DNA of 34,612 nt from Acidobacteriota bacterium (GTDB lineage Bacteria > Acidobacteriota > Terriglobia > Bryobacterales > Bryobacteraceae), in the NCBI GenBank assembly GCA_016871135.1, contig VFZQ01000001.1, positions 1 to 34,612 of the forward strand. The letters run 5' to 3'. The position numbers were made by a program, and so were the translations under genes. Under the pieces are notes generated by a model that did not search any database, had not been told where the DNA came from, and saw only the letters and a list, made by a program, of their open reading frames with translations. Positions within the stretch are counted from its first letter, which is position 1; each line of letters begins with the position of its first letter. Shown here piece after piece: positions 32,812 to 34,612 of this stretch.

Positions 32812-33890
32812 AGCAATTCCTCTCTCTTGGCGCGTTCCAGCGCCTTTACGATATTCGATACATTTTGCGAGCTGTTGCGGTCAGCGATCAACAACGCATC
32901 GTCGGTCTCGACAATAACTAGATCCTTTACGCCCACAAGAGCGACTAACTTCTTCGGCACGTCGACATAACAACCACCGGCCGATTCGGTAATTATATCA
33001 GCCGTCCTGGCGACGTTGACTCCGGGCGACTTCGCCTCAAGTTCATACACCGCGTTCCACGAACCGACATCGTTCCAGCCGAACTCATCGCACGCGATCC
33101 CGTGCACACCTTCGGCGCGTTCGAGAACACCCACGTCGATCGAAATGTTCTCGGTTTGCGGAAACAATTCCGCCAGCTGCGTATTCCAGTTCTTGGAGCC
33201 GAACGCGGGCAACTGCGCCAGCAGCCCCGCCGTCCTTGGCAAGAACCGTTTCATCGCTTCGAGAACAACCCTCGACTGCCAGAAAAACATCCCCGCGTTC
33301 CAGTAGTAACTGCCCGCGGCGACGTACTCTTTCGCCTTCTCGAGCGGCGGCTTTTCGACAAACCGTCGAATTCCAACCGCGTCGGTCGAACCCTCCTCGA
33401 CACCGCCCGGAAACTCAATGTAGCCGTATCCCGTCTCCGCCCATCGCGGCTTAATGCCGAGCACACAGATGCGGCCCAACGAGGCCGCCTTGTATGCGGG
33501 CTTCACCAAACGCAGAAACCGCGCGGGCTTCTTGATGATGTGATCCGCCGGAAAGACGCCGAGAACGGCATCGGGATCGGAACGATGAATGATTTCGGCC
33601 ACCAGTCCGATCGCGGGCGCTGTGTTGCGCTGCGCCGGTTCGGCGATAATTTGCGCCTTCGGCACCTCGGGCAACTGCTTGGCGATAGTGTCCCGCAGAA
33701 ACGTGTTGGTGATGATCCAGACGTTTTTCGGATCGACCAGAGGTTTCAGCCGGTCGACGGTCTGTTGGATCAGCGAACGCTCGCCGAAGAAATTCAGGAC
33801 TTGCTTCGCGGTCCGCTTCCGGGACCGCGGCCAGAAACGCGTACCGCGCCCTCCAGCCAGAATGATTGCGTACGAATGGTTTGTTTTCAT
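32808..33890 (-). CDS. mannose-1-phosphate guanylyltransferase (nucleotidyltransferase-only type)
   Basis: [37 protein letters not shown] and FVEKP..E.A..Y...[11 protein letters not shown] fit the ManC/CpsB N-terminal domain family. The stop overlaps the ppiB start (ATGA). Confidence 0.85.
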   Translation of the reverse strand: MKTNHSYAIILAGGRGTRFWPRSRKRTAKQVLNFFGERSLIQQTVDRLKPLVDPKNVWIITNTFLRDTIAKQLPEVPKAQIIAEPAQRNTAPAIGLVAEIIHRSDPDAVLGVFPADHIIKKPARFLRLVKPAYKAASLGRICVLGIKPRWAETGYGYIEFPGGVEEGSTDAVGIRRFVEKPPLEKAKEYVAAGSYYWNAGMFFWQSRVVLEAMKRFLPRTAGLLAQLPAFGSKNWNTQLAELFPQTENISIDVGVLERAEGVHGIACDEFGWNDVGSWNAVYELEAKSPGVNVARTADIITESAGGCYVDVPKKLVALVGVKDLVIVETDDALLIADRNSSQNVSNIVKALERAKREELL

Positions 33891-34612
33891 TTAGCGCCCA
33901 AGCGGATAGGACCGGATCAACATAAACGTCCGGTTCCAGCGCGTCTTCGAAAAGAAGTTCGTGACGAGATTGATAACCTGATCGACCGAGTAAGTCGCCA
34001 GATGCTCGGTCGACGCCTCGAACGACCACCAGATGATGAGCGGCTTGCCCATGATGTTCTCGCGCGGCACCAGCCCCCAGTAGCGCGAGTCGTCGGAATT
34101 TTCGCGGTTATCGCCCATGCAGAGGTAGTAGCCGTTGGGCACGGTCAGCTCGCCGTCCTTCACGTTATCCCGCAGCATCTCCGAACCGCGCGGATAAATG
34201 AAACTCATCGGCGGCAGCGTCGGGAAGTTAGCCGCGTACGGGTCGAGATTGCCGCCGGTGAACTGCGCGTAGGGCTCCTCGGTCAACTTACCGTTGAGGA
34301 TTAACTTCTTCTCCGCGAATTTGATCTTATCGCCCGGGACGCCGATCACCCGCTTCACATAGGGCAGGTTGATATTCAACGGGTAGCGGAACACCACGAC
34401 GTCGCCGCGCCTCACGTCCTGATACGGCAGGATGTACTTCGTAATCGGTCCAGGTGGCGAATAGGGAACTTTGTCCACGATCAGGTGATCGCCCGTCATG
34501 ATGGTCGATTCCATCGACGCCGTCGGCACAACGAACGGCTGCGCCACGGTCGACGTAAACCAGACAAGCAACACGATGTTAAACGCCCAGTCGGCGATCC
34601 AGTATCGCTCCG
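33891..34612 (-). CDS. lepB: signal peptidase I, 5' partial (runs off right edge)
   Basis: PTASMESTI (catalytic Ser box), GDHLIVDK, RGDVVVF, YVKRVIGVPGD (Lys box) and GDNRENSDDSRYWG. The frame stays open upstream of the ORF-track GTG to the end of the window (..ERYWIADWAFNIVLLVW). Confidence 0.9.
   Translation of the reverse strand, partial: ERYWIADWAFNIVLLVWFTSTVAQPFVVPTASMESTIMTGDHLIVDKVPYSPPGPITKYILPYQDVRRGDVVVFRYPLNINLPYVKRVIGVPGDKIKFAEKKLILNGKLTEEPYAQFTGGNLDPYAANFPTLPPMSFIYPRGSEMLRDNVKDGELTVPNGYYLCMGDNRENSDDSRYWGLVPRENIMGKPLIIWWSFEASTEHLATYSVDQVINLVTNFFSKTRWNRTFMLIRSYPLGR

Noticed and set aside
1-34612. Mobile elements, prophage genes, CRISPR arrays, tRNA/rRNA genes and known defence-system genes.
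   Set aside because: Nothing of the kind was recognised in the six-frame translations or intergenic sequences. There is no transposase, integrase or reverse-transcriptase motif, no direct-repeat array, and every intergenic gap is shorter than 150 nt.

Overview
This is a GC-rich, gene-dense bacterial chromosomal segment with about 27 protein-coding genes. I recognised no rRNA, tRNA, CRISPR array, transposase or integrase. The repertoire looks like Acidobacteriota of the Solibacter/Bryobacter type, but that is inference from protein families only. It includes two CarboxypepD_reg-type TonB-dependent-receptor-like barrels, an FG-GAP/UnbV (CRTAC1-family) protein, a PEP-CTERM protein, a CxxCH + YVTN propeller protein, a TIGR02999-type ECF sigma next to a Ser/Thr kinase, and PD40-propeller kinases.

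Layout, left to right:
- A partial YVTN-phosphoesterase gene.
- A translationally coupled ankyrin / FGE-like pair.
- A convergent ECF-sigma + Ser/Thr-kinase(TPR) pair.
- A PEP-CTERM gene.
- An 8-kb minus-strand envelope cluster: TBDR-like barrel, FG-GAP/UnbV-thioredoxin-TPR, CxxCH-YVTN.
- Two tandem paralogous kinase-PD40 genes, each head-to-head with a different small toxin-antitoxin-like gene pair.
- A folD-coaE-htrA operon.
- DinB, an MA-clan peptidase, GAF-ANTAR, an alpha/beta hydrolase and a second TBDR-like barrel.
- A lepB-manC-like-ppiB operon running off the right edge.

Observations most worth a second look:
1. A single in-frame TGA splits what reads as one ~1,140-codon FG-GAP/UnbV-TlpA-TPR gene.
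2. The tandem kinases have almost invariant catalytic heads (differences nearly all synonymous) and strongly diverged propeller tails. Each is wedged against a TA-like cassette, one of which has lost the toxin N-terminus.
3. The ECF sigma/kinase pair has no anti-sigma factor.
4. -10-like hexamers recur 6-8 nt upstream of start codons that lack Shine-Dalgarno sequences, which is consistent with leaderless mRNAs. Two unrelated genes also share an ATTGACCTAT...GATAAT upstream motif.

All functional calls rest on motif recognition by eye. No database search was possible.
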